Shown here in pieces: positions 33,775 to 42,769 of a stretch of DNA of 42,769 nucleotides. The notes beneath the pieces are model-generated. The model did no database searches and had not been told where the DNA came from. It worked only from the letters and a program-made list of their open reading frames with translations. The DNA lies in the IMG/VR virus record IMGVR_UViG_3300005805_000004, positions 1 through 42,769 of that record. One strand, 5' to 3'. The position numbers and the translations under genes were made by a program. Positions within the stretch are counted from its first letter, which is position 1. Each line of letters begins with the position of its first letter. Source of the DNA: a virus (lineage: Duplodnaviria > Caudoviricetes).

Positions 33775-34176
33775 TCAGTCGTCAATCGCAAAGGTGATTC
33801 CATAGGTTTTGCTTTGCCCCGCCGCCATAGCGATATTGGGTGATTCCACGAGAATCGAATGCAGGTAAGTCTCAGTTCCAATTCGCACGCAAACGGTGTC
33901 GTAAGTAAAACCAGGACTGGTTGCGGTGAAGGTTGCGTTGACCACAGGCAGCTCATAGCGAGCATTGCCAACGCTGTAACTACCAGTGCCAATGGTTCCA
34001 GTTACATCGGCATAGCCACCACCTGAAACTTTGGCAGCAATCCAAGCAGCAGCGGTGGATTCAGCCGTGAGGCTGCCGGTGTTGTTGGCCAGAAAGATCG
34101 TGTAGGTCTCGCCTTCAAAGGCAGCAACGGCTTGGCGCTGTAGCTCCTTTGTGCTGATGGTGCTTGTTAGTGCCAT
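33775..34176 (-). CDS. Minor tail protein
   Basis: 133 aa, VSGGGYA motif. Confidence 0.6.
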   Translation of the reverse strand: MALTSTISTKELQRQAVAAFEGETYTIFLANNTGSLTAESTAAAWIAAKVSGGGYADVTGTIGTGSYSVGNARYELPVVNATFTATSPGFTYDTVCVRIGTETYLHSILVESPNIAMAAGQSKTYGITFAIDD

Positions 34177-34177
34177 A

Positions 34178-34603
34178 TCAAGCGAGTGTCAACACGCCGG
34201 TGGTTGGGTCAAAATCAACGGCAAAGCTCTCGCCGTCAGCTAGGGTGACGGCACTGCCGTAGTCCCACCAGCCGATCAGCTCATCGTTCGTGGCGGTGTC
34301 GTTGTAAAGCACGGCATAGCGGAACGGGCCAATGCTGCCGCCTGTCGCTGTCCAGGTGGCCGGGTCACCTAGCACCAGTTTGTAGGTGCCGCTGGTTTGA
34401 GCAGAACTGGTGACTGACGCGGTATTACCACCAGCGGTGTAGCCATTGCCTGCACTGACCTCGGCGGTGATGTCTGCCTTGACGCTGTTGGTGGCAACCG
34501 GTGCTGTGTTGGTGAGCAGAACCTTGAGCGTGTCAGCGCCGAGATCATGCTTCTTCTCGGCCAATGCCTCCACGAAGCTATTGAACTTGTTGAACGACGC
34601 CAT
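34178..34603 (-). CDS. Minor tail protein
   Basis: DTLKVLL...EVSAGNGYTAGG...FRYAVLYNDT...LIGWWDYG. Confidence 0.7.
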   Translation of the reverse strand: MASFNKFNSFVEALAEKKHDLGADTLKVLLTNTAPVATNSVKADITAEVSAGNGYTAGGNTASVTSSAQTSGTYKLVLGDPATWTATGGSIGPFRYAVLYNDTATNDELIGWWDYGSAVTLADGESFAVDFDPTTGVLTLA

Positions 34604-34633
34604 GAGGCCGGAGCTTTGGGGCTAGGTTGCCGG

Positions 34634-37600
34634 TCAGAAATCAGGGAACGGTTGCGATGGCACTGTGAAGTTGCCGGTGTAACGACCAACTCCCTTGGTA
34701 ATCCTTAGCTCTGCCAGATAGCCGTTGAGCAGGAAAGACGGGGAAATGGTGGTTGTTGAGTTATTGCTTGCGCCGATCATCAGCGGGCGGCTGCTATTGA
34801 ACAAAGTCACCCCATTTGCAGCCGAATAGACCGAAGATCCGTTTACAAACATTCGCAGAGTTCCTGAGGCCCTGCAGACACAAACGTGATACCACGTATC
34901 TACGACTGGCGCCCATGCGCCTGTTTGTGCAACGACTGTTGAGCCGTTAGTGGTGTAACGGAACTGCATCTGCCCGCCTGAAGTTGTTGAGTAGGCCATG
35001 GTCCAAGCATGGTTACTTGTATCTGTTGATCTCTGAGCAACAAGCTGAGCGCTGGCGCTGACGGAATTGAACCGCACGAATGTTTCAATCGTAAATTCAC
35101 CTGAGCCCAGATTCCAGTTGTCGCTATCGGCGCAGAGCAAGTAGTCGCCACTGCCATCAAAGGCGCCGCTTGAGCCGTTGTATTTCGATTGAGCCGTGCT
35201 AATTGATGCGTCTCCATATGGCGTGACCGTGTTGGCAGAGCTGCTGCTGTCCACAAAGCTGGTGCTCCCGTTGGTGCCGTTCATGTGCAGCAGCAACACC
35301 ACATTGCTGAAATACGGGTCGGTCACGCCAATGCGGGCTGACTGTCCGGCAAGACTCAGCGACCCTGCCCCTCCGCTGAGCACATAAGAGCGAACGCTGC
35401 CAGCTTCCTGGCCGGTGAGGGCAAAGCTGCCTGCCTCCGCCGGGAACGATGTAGCGCCTGAGAACAGCGCGGCTTGGCCGCTCAAAGCAAAGCTGCCAGC
35501 GCCTGCCGCCAGCGGGGGTCGCAGTAGCGCAACGATGGCGTTCTGGCCGGTGGCGGTGAAGGTGCCGAAGTTGGTGCCGATCCGGTAGTCGCGGATTGAG
35601 CCGGCACCAAAGCCTGTAGCCGCCAAGCTGCCGGCCGCAGCGCTGAGCCTGCGGGTGTAGCTGAAGGCGTTTGCCTGACCTGTCGCCACAAACGCCGCTT
35701 CCTCTGCCGCCAACCTCGTGGCCACCGTGATTTCCGCCTTTGTCATCAGCACCGCCGTGCCAGTCGGCAGGCTTAGCGCGTAGTCCAGAGCAGTGACGCT
35801 CAGCGCAGTCCTAGTGCCTGCCACTAGCGGCACCCTCTCATTCACATAAGGCACCAGTGCCGTGGGCGCGATGCTCTGCGCGTAGTTAGGCGCCTGGCCG
35901 GTGGGCAGGCTTGTAAACACTGCCCCTGGTGCCGTCGGATTGAAACCACTAGGGGTGGTGGTGCTATTGGCCGCTGCACCTGTCCCATTCGTCACGGTCG
36001 GGTCACTCGGAAGGCTGGTGATACCAGGAGCAACCGGCATCCAGAAGGTGCCACTACCGCTGACTGCACCGGCAAACAACGCATCCATGGCCCCGAGGAT
36101 CCCGTCGCTGTTAAAGCTCCAGCTCAAGCCATTTGCCTTGTAGGCAGCCGTCAGTCCTTCCGCCTGCAAGTAAACCGAGCTCAACGGATACAGCGGCATC
36201 AGATATGCAGGCACCTGCAGCGATACACCTGCACGGTTGCCATACATCACAGCATTCTGTGTGCGGGCATAGCGCATCGCTTGGATCATTGCATTGCTGC
36301 CCTTGAACTCATACCCGTTGCTGGCGGTCCAAACAACCGCATCGTCAGATGCAAGAGGCATCTGCAACTCGGTCTTGGGCTTGGTTTCTACGGTGGTGTT
36401 CTCTTGCTCAAGCTCAGTTTCCTGCTGACCTTCATCGTTGGTAGCGCCAACTGGTGGCTGCTTTTCCTCCAGCGCTTCTTGACGTGCTTCTGTCCGTGGC
36501 CGCTGCTGGATGCCAAAGGTCCGATCTTGTTGGATTGCAATGCTGGTGCCTTCAAACACCAGACGCTTGGCCGTTGCCAGCAGATCATTCAAGCCGTTCA
36601 AATCAGTGGTGACCTGTCCCTTTTCGGCTGTGTCCTGCTGGCCGTTCTGCGTTAAGCCATAGGCCAAGTAGCGATCCGTTCTGGTCTTCGTCTGTCCCTC
36701 TGGCTGGTTGGTGTCATAGGTGATTACCGTGCGCTCGGCTTCGTACTCGCCAGTAGGCAGGGTGTTGAAATCAAACTCACCCCAGTCAATACCGCTGATG
36801 TTGAGCTTGCCGATCAACGCCTCAATCGGCTCAAAGCGCTTGACCGTCTGACTGACTTGTTGCTTTTCAACCCGCTTGTTCTTGGCTGCATCTTCATCGG
36901 CTACACGCTCCACACCATCGGGGTCAGGGCATAGCCGGTCAGGGTCCAGCGGCAACGAGTCAGCCGTCGTTTCCTGCTTGATCAGCTCATACTCAAGGTA
37001 TTCCTCGGTGCGAAAGAGCAGATCCTGCCGAGCAACCTGCGGTAGCAAACGCAGCTCCTCAACATTGTTTGCCTCAAAAAGCGCGTTGAGCTTGGCCTGC
37101 AAAATCGAACCTAGTTCACCGGCGAAGATCCGTTCCTCATTGGTGATCGCCTTGATCTTGTAATCGCTGTCGTCGTAGTAGGTAAGCGTGACGCTGCGTG
37201 GGTTATGCGTAACGCTCAGCGTATAGACGACTGCACCATCGTCATCCTGGACGAAGAAGTCATACTCTTGGTTGTAGGTGACCGCTTCATCGCGCTCCCA
37301 GTCCCGCAGCTCCTTTTCTTCAGCTGCTGCATCTAACTCTTGCTGCGCTGCGGCTTGTTCCTCAGGTGTGGCAGCAGGGTCTTCCAGCACCGCCTCAGCA
37401 GCTTCCTCTGCATCCAACTCCTCCTGTGCCTTGTCTGCAGCGGTCTGCTCCAAGCGCTTAGCGTCAAAGGTGACTGTCACCACCTGACCAGGCAGCACAC
37501 CGCTGTTGATGCCGTTCAACTCGATGATGCTGCTTTCATCCAGCAACGGCCCAGTGCCGGTGCCATCCCAACCACGCAACACCAGCGTCTCGTTTTCGTT

Positions 37601-38284
37601 GAGGTAGCCAAAAAGTGACTCGCTGCTGATCAGCTGATCCAGCACCGAAACGTAGCCAGCGCTCAGGTCAAAATCGTCCTGATAGGTATTAGTGAGAACA
37701 CCGATATAGGCCAAACCCAAGGCAGCGCAGCATTTCTGCAGCACTGAACTGGCGTTGATGCCCATTGGGGCGCGGTTCATTACCTTGGCCGGTGCTAGCG
37801 CGTATTCCTCCCGTACCGTCAACTGACTGGCAGCCTTCGGGTCGGAGAAGTTAAAAGGCTTGGCACCCTCCTTGGGCAGGTAGCACTGATCAAGTGACTG
37901 CCAGTCAAAGTCCACGCTTGGGTAGTTTTCTGGCTCTGGGCCGTTGCTACCGTCTTCTGCTGGTTGCTCTTCCTCAGCTTTCTGGCCCTTCAAATTGGCC
38001 AGATACACCAACTTGTCACCAAGCTGAACCGTGGTCTGGCGCGTAAAAGGGTTGGCAAAACTACTTAAGACCCGCAGCGTGCGCGGTAGACGCACGATGG
38101 TGCCGTCACGCTCCCAACCGATGTAGACAACGCTGCCTACAGCTGGTGTGCTCAATCCCTGCAGCACAAGCTGGCCACGGCAACTGATCAAGCCTTGGCC
38201 AACGCTCAGCGCTTCGTCGGCGATGTTGCCGCTGATGATCGTGCCAAGGTTGCAGAAGACATGAGCGCGAACATCAACGGTCAT
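34634..38284 (-). CDS. Large tail tip/hub protein with C-terminal LamG-like domain
   Basis: 1216 aa; DPYFSNVVLLLHMNG...FTIE...WYHV...LNGYLAELRITKG. Confidence 0.75.
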   Translation of the reverse strand: MTVDVRAHVFCNLGTIISGNIADEALSVGQGLISCRGQLVLQGLSTPAVGSVVYIGWERDGTIVRLPRTLRVLSSFANPFTRQTTVQLGDKLVYLANLKGQKAEEEQPAEDGSNGPEPENYPSVDFDWQSLDQCYLPKEGAKPFNFSDPKAASQLTVREEYALAPAKVMNRAPMGINASSVLQKCCAALGLAYIGVLTNTYQDDFDLSAGYVSVLDQLISSESLFGYLNENETLVLRGWDGTGTGPLLDESSIIELNGINSGVLPGQVVTVTFDAKRLEQTAADKAQEELDAEEAAEAVLEDPAATPEEQAAAQQELDAAAEEKELRDWERDEAVTYNQEYDFFVQDDDGAVVYTLSVTHNPRSVTLTYYDDSDYKIKAITNEERIFAGELGSILQAKLNALFEANNVEELRLLPQVARQDLLFRTEEYLEYELIKQETTADSLPLDPDRLCPDPDGVERVADEDAAKNKRVEKQQVSQTVKRFEPIEALIGKLNISGIDWGEFDFNTLPTGEYEAERTVITYDTNQPEGQTKTRTDRYLAYGLTQNGQQDTAEKGQVTTDLNGLNDLLATAKRLVFEGTSIAIQQDRTFGIQQRPRTEARQEALEEKQPPVGATNDEGQQETELEQENTTVETKPKTELQMPLASDDAVVWTASNGYEFKGSNAMIQAMRYARTQNAVMYGNRAGVSLQVPAYLMPLYPLSSVYLQAEGLTAAYKANGLSWSFNSDGILGAMDALFAGAVSGSGTFWMPVAPGITSLPSDPTVTNGTGAAANSTTTPSGFNPTAPGAVFTSLPTGQAPNYAQSIAPTALVPYVNERVPLVAGTRTALSVTALDYALSLPTGTAVLMTKAEITVATRLAAEEAAFVATGQANAFSYTRRLSAAAGSLAATGFGAGSIRDYRIGTNFGTFTATGQNAIVALLRPPLAAGAGSFALSGQAALFSGATSFPAEAGSFALTGQEAGSVRSYVLSGGAGSLSLAGQSARIGVTDPYFSNVVLLLHMNGTNGSTSFVDSSSSANTVTPYGDASISTAQSKYNGSSGAFDGSGDYLLCADSDNWNLGSGEFTIETFVRFNSVSASAQLVAQRSTDTSNHAWTMAYSTTSGGQMQFRYTTNGSTVVAQTGAWAPVVDTWYHVCVCRASGTLRMFVNGSSVYSAANGVTLFNSSRPLMIGASNNSTTTISPSFLLNGYLAELRITKGVGRYTGNFTVPSQPFPDF

Positions 38285-39024
38285 TGGGCAACTCCAACGC
38301 TCAGTGTCACCGTGTAGGTGATGACCTTGAGGCCATTCACCACGTCATTGGCCGCTGTGGCCGTTGGTGCGGCAACAGGGAAATAGGCACCTGCTGCTGG
38401 TGTTGTACCGATGGTGCTCTCAAACCAGCTCTGCAAGGCACTCCATCCCGAAGCGTCGGTTTCGCCTTCCAGCGCATATACCTTGGTTGCCGTAAGCGGA
38501 CCGGTCAGGTAGCTGGTGCCAGCAGCGGTGAGCTGCATCTGCGGCAGATCCTGATAGGTGACAGGCGGCCGCAATAGCGTCAAAGTGCAACTGCCAAGGG
38601 TGAAGGTTCCAAGAGCGGGGCGATCTTCCGCGCTCTTGGCCTTTTCTTCCTGGCGTAAGGCAACCTGCAGCGCTTGTGCTGCATCCACCAGCTCCACACT
38701 GGCAGAGATGTACGGGCCGGCTTGCTCACCGCTTGGCGCACTGGTGAACCAGCAAGCAATACCGCTCCACGTGATGCCGTTGGCACTGGCCGTCAGACTG
38801 ACGGTTGTACCGACGCTATTGGCAGCAACGCTGTCTGGATCTTGGATGCGGGCGTCACGCCAGGTGTTGTAGACGCTCAGCAACGACTGCCACTCACTGG
38901 CGGTCAGCAATCCGCTGATTGACCACTGCCTAGCGGTCAAACCATCGCGGGTGCTGCTTTCCTCGTAACCAAAGGGTTGAGCGAGGAGCTTGCTGGTGGT
39001 GAAAGCGCCGATGGAAAGAGTCAT
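38281..39024 (-). CDS. Distal-tail-like protein
   Basis: Immediately after the tape measure gene. Confidence 0.5.
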   Translation of the reverse strand: MTLSIGAFTTSKLLAQPFGYEESSTRDGLTARQWSISGLLTASEWQSLLSVYNTWRDARIQDPDSVAANSVGTTVSLTASANGITWSGIACWFTSAPSGEQAGPYISASVELVDAAQALQVALRQEEKAKSAEDRPALGTFTLGSCTLTLLRPPVTYQDLPQMQLTAAGTSYLTGPLTATKVYALEGETDASGWSALQSWFESTIGTTPAAGAYFPVAAPTATAANDVVNGLKVITYTVTLSVGVAQ

Positions 39025-39027
39025 GAC

Positions 39028-41211
39028 TTAACCCAGTTGAACGTCGTAGGCGCCGGTGTTGGCATTCACGGCGACGTTTACGGACCAGTCCTTTTCAGTG
39101 AGTTTTGCAACATTCTTGGAAAGTTGGTCATTGACACTTACAAGTTTGGAGCTGGCATCACCGAGGTTTTGTCCTGCCTTAAAAATAGACCTTGCTTGTC
39201 CTGCAGCCGAGAGCAAGTCCTTATCTTTTAGGCCGGATACTTTTGACGGATTGAATATACCGGCATCAACAGCACGTCGCAAATCTGCTCTAGCTTGGCT
39301 AAGCAAGTCGCTTTTTATATTGCCCGAAAGCAGGTCAAAAGATCCTTCAAGGGCGCCACGAAAAGCATCTGCAGCTGATTCAAAGTCCTTGCGAGCAGAT
39401 GATGCGGCCTCGGCAAGCTTTTCATTCGCGTCGCTAATGCTTTTATTGTAAGTGTTGCCGGCATCAATCAAGGCGTTATTGCCTTTGGCGCGTGCTAGTT
39501 CAAGCTCCTGCTGAGCAATCACCTGCTCGTTGAGAATCTTTTGGAAATCAGGGCTATCAACACCAACACCTGTGCCGCGCAGCTCCTCCAGCTGAGCGCC
39601 AAGTACGCGCACCCTATCTTCTGCAGCGGCGGTGGTTTCCTCAATGCCGAGCTTTTGCTTTAGAAACTCCTTGTACGGGCCTTCGGCAACGCGAGCGAGT
39701 TCATTCTCAGCGTCAATCTGTCTCTGTATGGCTTCTAAACCGATGCCAAGTTCTGCATTTTGACGGGCAATGGCTGCAGAATCTTTGACTGCTTGCGGGA
39801 CTTCGGCCGCAGCAGCAACAAGTGCCTTGCCTGCTTGTGTTCCACCGCTGGCCAATTCCTTACCGGCCTGCTTACCAGCCTCAGGCAAAGCCTTGTTGAT
39901 CTCGGCTAAGTCCTGTGCCAATAAAGATCTGATAATGTCCTCGCGAACACCAGTTGCAGAGCCACTGAATGTTTTGTCTTTGAACTGAGGGCCAACACTG
40001 GCACCAGGAACCGAGACCGGACCAAAGAAACCTGAGCCTTTGATGCCAAGCGGTCCGAGGTTGGCAGCCACAATATCCGTAGCCTGCTTTTCTCGCGCCA
40101 GCACTTTCTCAGGCGCCAAAGCAGAGACCTGATTGAGCTTGCTTAGGATGTCGTTCAGACTCTTAATGAAACCACCAAACAATGGTGTCAGCGTGGTGTC
40201 GAGTGTTGTCGCCAGATTGGAAAATCCATTGCCGATCTGCTGGAGACCGCCACTGATGGTTTTGGCATTGGTGTCTGATGCCGATGCTGCCTGGCCCGCT
40301 GCTTGGCTTTGCCTATCTAGCAGCTCGTTGTATTTGGCCAACCTGTCGTTGAGCAATGGCTGAATGGCAGCCTGTGCCTCAACAGAGCCCAACAGAACAG
40401 CAAGCTTGTCAGCAGAACCGCCAGTTTTTTCCTGCACATCAGCCAAGACTGCAGCAAGGCCCTTGGATTGCAAAGCCGCAACGCTGTAATCCAGCCCCAA
40501 AGACGCAGCCAGCTCCGAGGCCTGATCAGTTGGCTTGATAATGCTGCTAATTGCCTGCCGTATGCCAGTAAACGTCTGCGCAACAGGTACACCACGAAGA
40601 GTGGCAGTAGCCACAGCAGCATTCAGCTCATCAAGACTAACTCCAGCCGCCGCCGCAATAGAGCTAATTGTACCGATTTGTGCCGCATATTGGCGTACGG
40701 TAATCACACCGTCCGCCTGGGTCTGAACAAACTTGTCAACAATATCAGTGGCTGATGATGCACTAAGACCGTAAGCATTTAGCACGCCGGTCAAGGCGCT
40801 GGCCACATCATTGACATCAGCAAAACCACCCTTGGCACCCAATGCCGATGCTCGAAGGATTTCTGTTGCTTCGGCTGCTGATGCAAAACCAGAACTGGCC
40901 ACGTCATAGGCAGCCTTGGTCAAGTCGATCTGACTGATATTGCTATCCAGCTCTGCGGATAGCGCACGCAGCCGTTTGCCTAGTTCGTCAGAGTCAACAC
41001 CAAGAGTGCGTACAGCAGCACTGGCCTCATCAAGCTGCTTTACCTGATTGCCAATAAAGGCCAAACCACCGCCGATGGTGGTTGCAACGCCAAGACTGGC
41101 GACAACATTACGAAACGATTCAGCAGCCGTCTGTGCGCTTTTGAGGCCAGCCTGAAAGCGGGAGTCATCAACGCTGAGCGTCAATACAGCAGCGCCCAGA
41201 CTGTCGGCCAC
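39028..41211 (-). CDS. Tape measure protein (TP901-type core)
   Basis: 727 aa Ala-rich; AAYDVASSGF...LTGVLNAYGL...GVSLDELNAA. Confidence 0.9.
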   Translation of the reverse strand: MADSLGAAVLTLSVDDSRFQAGLKSAQTAAESFRNVVASLGVATTIGGGLAFIGNQVKQLDEASAAVRTLGVDSDELGKRLRALSAELDSNISQIDLTKAAYDVASSGFASAAEATEILRASALGAKGGFADVNDVASALTGVLNAYGLSASSATDIVDKFVQTQADGVITVRQYAAQIGTISSIAAAAGVSLDELNAAVATATLRGVPVAQTFTGIRQAISSIIKPTDQASELAASLGLDYSVAALQSKGLAAVLADVQEKTGGSADKLAVLLGSVEAQAAIQPLLNDRLAKYNELLDRQSQAAGQAASASDTNAKTISGGLQQIGNGFSNLATTLDTTLTPLFGGFIKSLNDILSKLNQVSALAPEKVLAREKQATDIVAANLGPLGIKGSGFFGPVSVPGASVGPQFKDKTFSGSATGVREDIIRSLLAQDLAEINKALPEAGKQAGKELASGGTQAGKALVAAAAEVPQAVKDSAAIARQNAELGIGLEAIQRQIDAENELARVAEGPYKEFLKQKLGIEETTAAAEDRVRVLGAQLEELRGTGVGVDSPDFQKILNEQVIAQQELELARAKGNNALIDAGNTYNKSISDANEKLAEAASSARKDFESAADAFRGALEGSFDLLSGNIKSDLLSQARADLRRAVDAGIFNPSKVSGLKDKDLLSAAGQARSIFKAGQNLGDASSKLVSVNDQLSKNVAKLTEKDWSVNVAVNANTGAYDVQLG

Positions 41212-41231
41212 AACTCAACTTCTTGTTGCCT

Positions 41232-41261
41232 TTAGGTTGCCTCTTAAACGCGGGAACCTAG
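41232..41261. promoter_or_regulatory. Divergent pair of late-promoter motifs
   Basis: GGCAACCTAA (minus, 41232-41241) and GGGAACCTAG (plus, 41252-41261). Confidence 0.7.
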
Positions 41262-41264
41262 GCC

Positions 41265-41660
41265 ATGACAAGTGCTCTCGCTGCGCTCGCCAACGCCACG
41301 GCGACCTTTACTGTGCCCACCGTTGGCACCATCACTGATCCTGTTACCGGGAACATTGCACCGGCAACGGAATCTGTCACTGTCAGCTTGTACCTGCGTC
41401 AAGCCGGCACCAATAGCTCAGGGTTTCCTGGCGTTGATACCGACGTAGAGACCTATGAAGGCTATGCGATCAACCCACAGGCATTAGATGCCCGCATCAA
41501 GCCAGGCATCACCGGCACGCTGAACTTTGCTGGCCAAGGTGCTATTGAGTGCGAGGTGATCAACGGCCGCTTTCCCTACGGCAGCAGTGGCCTGATTGGC
41601 AACACGTTGCAGCAGGTGCTTGGCGACAAGATCCGCTTGGCTCGCTACGTGCAGGGCTGA
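41265..41660 (+). CDS. Probable head-closure/neck protein
   Basis: 131 aa, DPVTGN motif, late motif upstream. Confidence 0.5.
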   Translation: MTSALAALANATATFTVPTVGTITDPVTGNIAPATESVTVSLYLRQAGTNSSGFPGVDTDVETYEGYAINPQALDARIKPGITGTLNFAGQGAIECEVINGRFPYGSSGLIGNTLQQVLGDKIRLARYVQG

Positions 41661-42106
41661 TGGCGGTTCAGGTTCGTGCTTCGTTTCGCCTGACCGGCTG
41701 GAATGCCAATCAGCTCAAGCTGCGTGTGCCGCAGATCTTGGGTAAGTACCAGACGGTGTTGGATAAGCAGCTGAAAGCTGAGATCCAATCGCCGCAGTTC
41801 GGCTGGCCTCGGGAAACCAAGCGCCGCAATGGTGCCATTGTCAGCAGCCCCCGCGACATCGTGGATCTTGGCGGCTTCCTGCGCTCCCAACGACGGAGCT
41901 TTGATGGTCGCACCACGATCACATTTACGTGGGACGCCAAGAGCAAAGGCGGGTTTGCCTATGCCCCGCTGATCCTCACTGGCTACACCACCAGCAAAGG
42001 CACGCTGGTGCCTGGCCGCAACTGGATCAAGCCAGCCCTAGAAAATGCCCCGCTGGATACCTACTTTGCTGAGCAATGGCGCAAGCTGAGCGACATTAGC
42101 CTCTAA
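41660..42106 (+). CDS. HK97 gp10-like neck/tail completion protein
   Basis: SPRDIVDLGGFLRS...YA.....G......PGRNWIKPAL; TGATG start at 41660. Confidence 0.65.
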   Translation: MAVQVRASFRLTGWNANQLKLRVPQILGKYQTVLDKQLKAEIQSPQFGWPRETKRRNGAIVSSPRDIVDLGGFLRSQRRSFDGRTTITFTWDAKSKGGFAYAPLILTGYTTSKGTLVPGRNWIKPALENAPLDTYFAEQWRKLSDISL

Positions 42107-42107
42107 T

Positions 42108-42134
42108 AAAAAGCGGTGAACCGAAGCCCACCGC
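42108..42134 (-). terminator. Terminator of the tail tube gene
   Basis: GCGGTGGGC-TTCG-GTTCACCGC-TTTTT. Confidence 0.8.
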
Positions 42135-42166
42135 CCAAATCCCATCTGCTCGCTCTCTAGTTAGCC

Positions 42167-42646
42167 TCAGGCGTTGGTCTCAGCGCTCCAGCTGTAGCTG
42201 CCATAACCGGTAAGGGTGAAGCTCACCTGGGCCACGTTGCCTGCAGCAATGGACTCGGAGAAATCAGTCACCCATGCCACACCCGAGTGGTACTCAGGTG
42301 AACCAGTGGCGCTCATCTCGGGCGATTCGCGATACCACTCAACAGTGGTACCGGCAGCTGCGTTCATGGCAGCGTTCTTCAGAATCAAATAGCCGGCATC
42401 GTTCAGGTTCAGATTCATCTGCATCGGAATCGTGTAGCTCTGCTGCTGCACGATGGATGCGGTGAAGCCAAGGGTGCTGCCGTAGTCCAACACATCTTGG
42501 GTCTGAGTAGAACCTTGGATCGAGGCGTCGGTCAGTGACAGCACCTCAGTCAAACCGGTGCTAGCAGTAGGGTTGGTGCTTGCGGTTGTTCCCGCCTTCA
42601 CGTAAAACTTATAGGCGAGGCTATTAAAAAAGGCACCTGTAGCCAT
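42167..42646 (-). CDS. Major tail (tube) protein
   Basis: 159 aa beta-rich, G.AWVTDFSES..AGNVAQVSFTLTGYG; own late motif and terminator. Confidence 0.8.
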   Translation of the reverse strand: MATGAFFNSLAYKFYVKAGTTASTNPTASTGLTEVLSLTDASIQGSTQTQDVLDYGSTLGFTASIVQQQSYTIPMQMNLNLNDAGYLILKNAAMNAAAGTTVEWYRESPEMSATGSPEYHSGVAWVTDFSESIAAGNVAQVSFTLTGYGSYSWSAETNA

Positions 42647-42669
42647 GACGCTTGGGGGAGCTTATGGCC

Positions 42670-42769
42670 CTAAGTTGCCTCCTCGCTTTGTTCCAACACC
42701 TCCCACGGTGTAGGCCGAGGGCAGACGTGCAGATCAAAGCCTTTTACGTCATGCGCGACGCCAGCGGTG
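42670..42769 (-). CDS. 3' end of the junction-spanning sigma factor
   Basis: In frame with 1..549; ends ...EQSEEAT then TAG at 42670-42672. Confidence 0.8.
   Translation of the reverse strand, partial: TAGVAHDVKGFDLHVCPRPTPWEVLEQSEEAT
42691..42769. repeat. Terminal direct repeat (circular overlap), copy 2
   Basis: Identical to 1-79. Confidence 0.97.

Noticed and set aside
1-42769. Stop-codon reassignment suggested by frequent CTAG/TAG
   Set aside because: Conserved genes are full length in the standard code and several end normally in TAG; no suppressor tRNA seen
1-42769. Photosynthesis auxiliary genes, DNA polymerase, phage clamp, tRNAs
   Set aside because: No recognisable psbA, hli, polymerase, clamp or tRNA sequence by eye

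Overview
The window looks like a complete, circularly assembled genome (about 42,690 bp; bases 1-79 equal 42691-42769) of a temperate siphovirus, most likely infecting freshwater picocyanobacteria (inferred from the cyanobacterial-type RpoD-like sigma, dCTP deaminase and RHH proteins). It carries head and packaging genes (terminase, portal, scaffold, capsid, gp7-like), tail genes in a scrambled order (tail tube, tape measure, G/GT chaperone with a GGGAAAG frameshift, several fibres), a GH24+M15 endolysin, early replication/recombination genes and a large serine integrase with a recognisable attP. The most interesting signal is regulatory. A second sigma factor, missed by the ORF track because it crosses the circular junction, lacks region 4 and begins with a QLSFF beta-clamp-type motif. 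It co-occurs with about 15 copies of a GG-VANNYT(AG) motif in front of late genes, which suggests T4 gp55-like, clamp-coupled late transcription using the host clamp. Early sigma70-type promoters carry a CTAG-N6-CTAG operator, and two intergenic regions look like structured small RNAs. All calls come from reading the sequence by eye; no searches were run.
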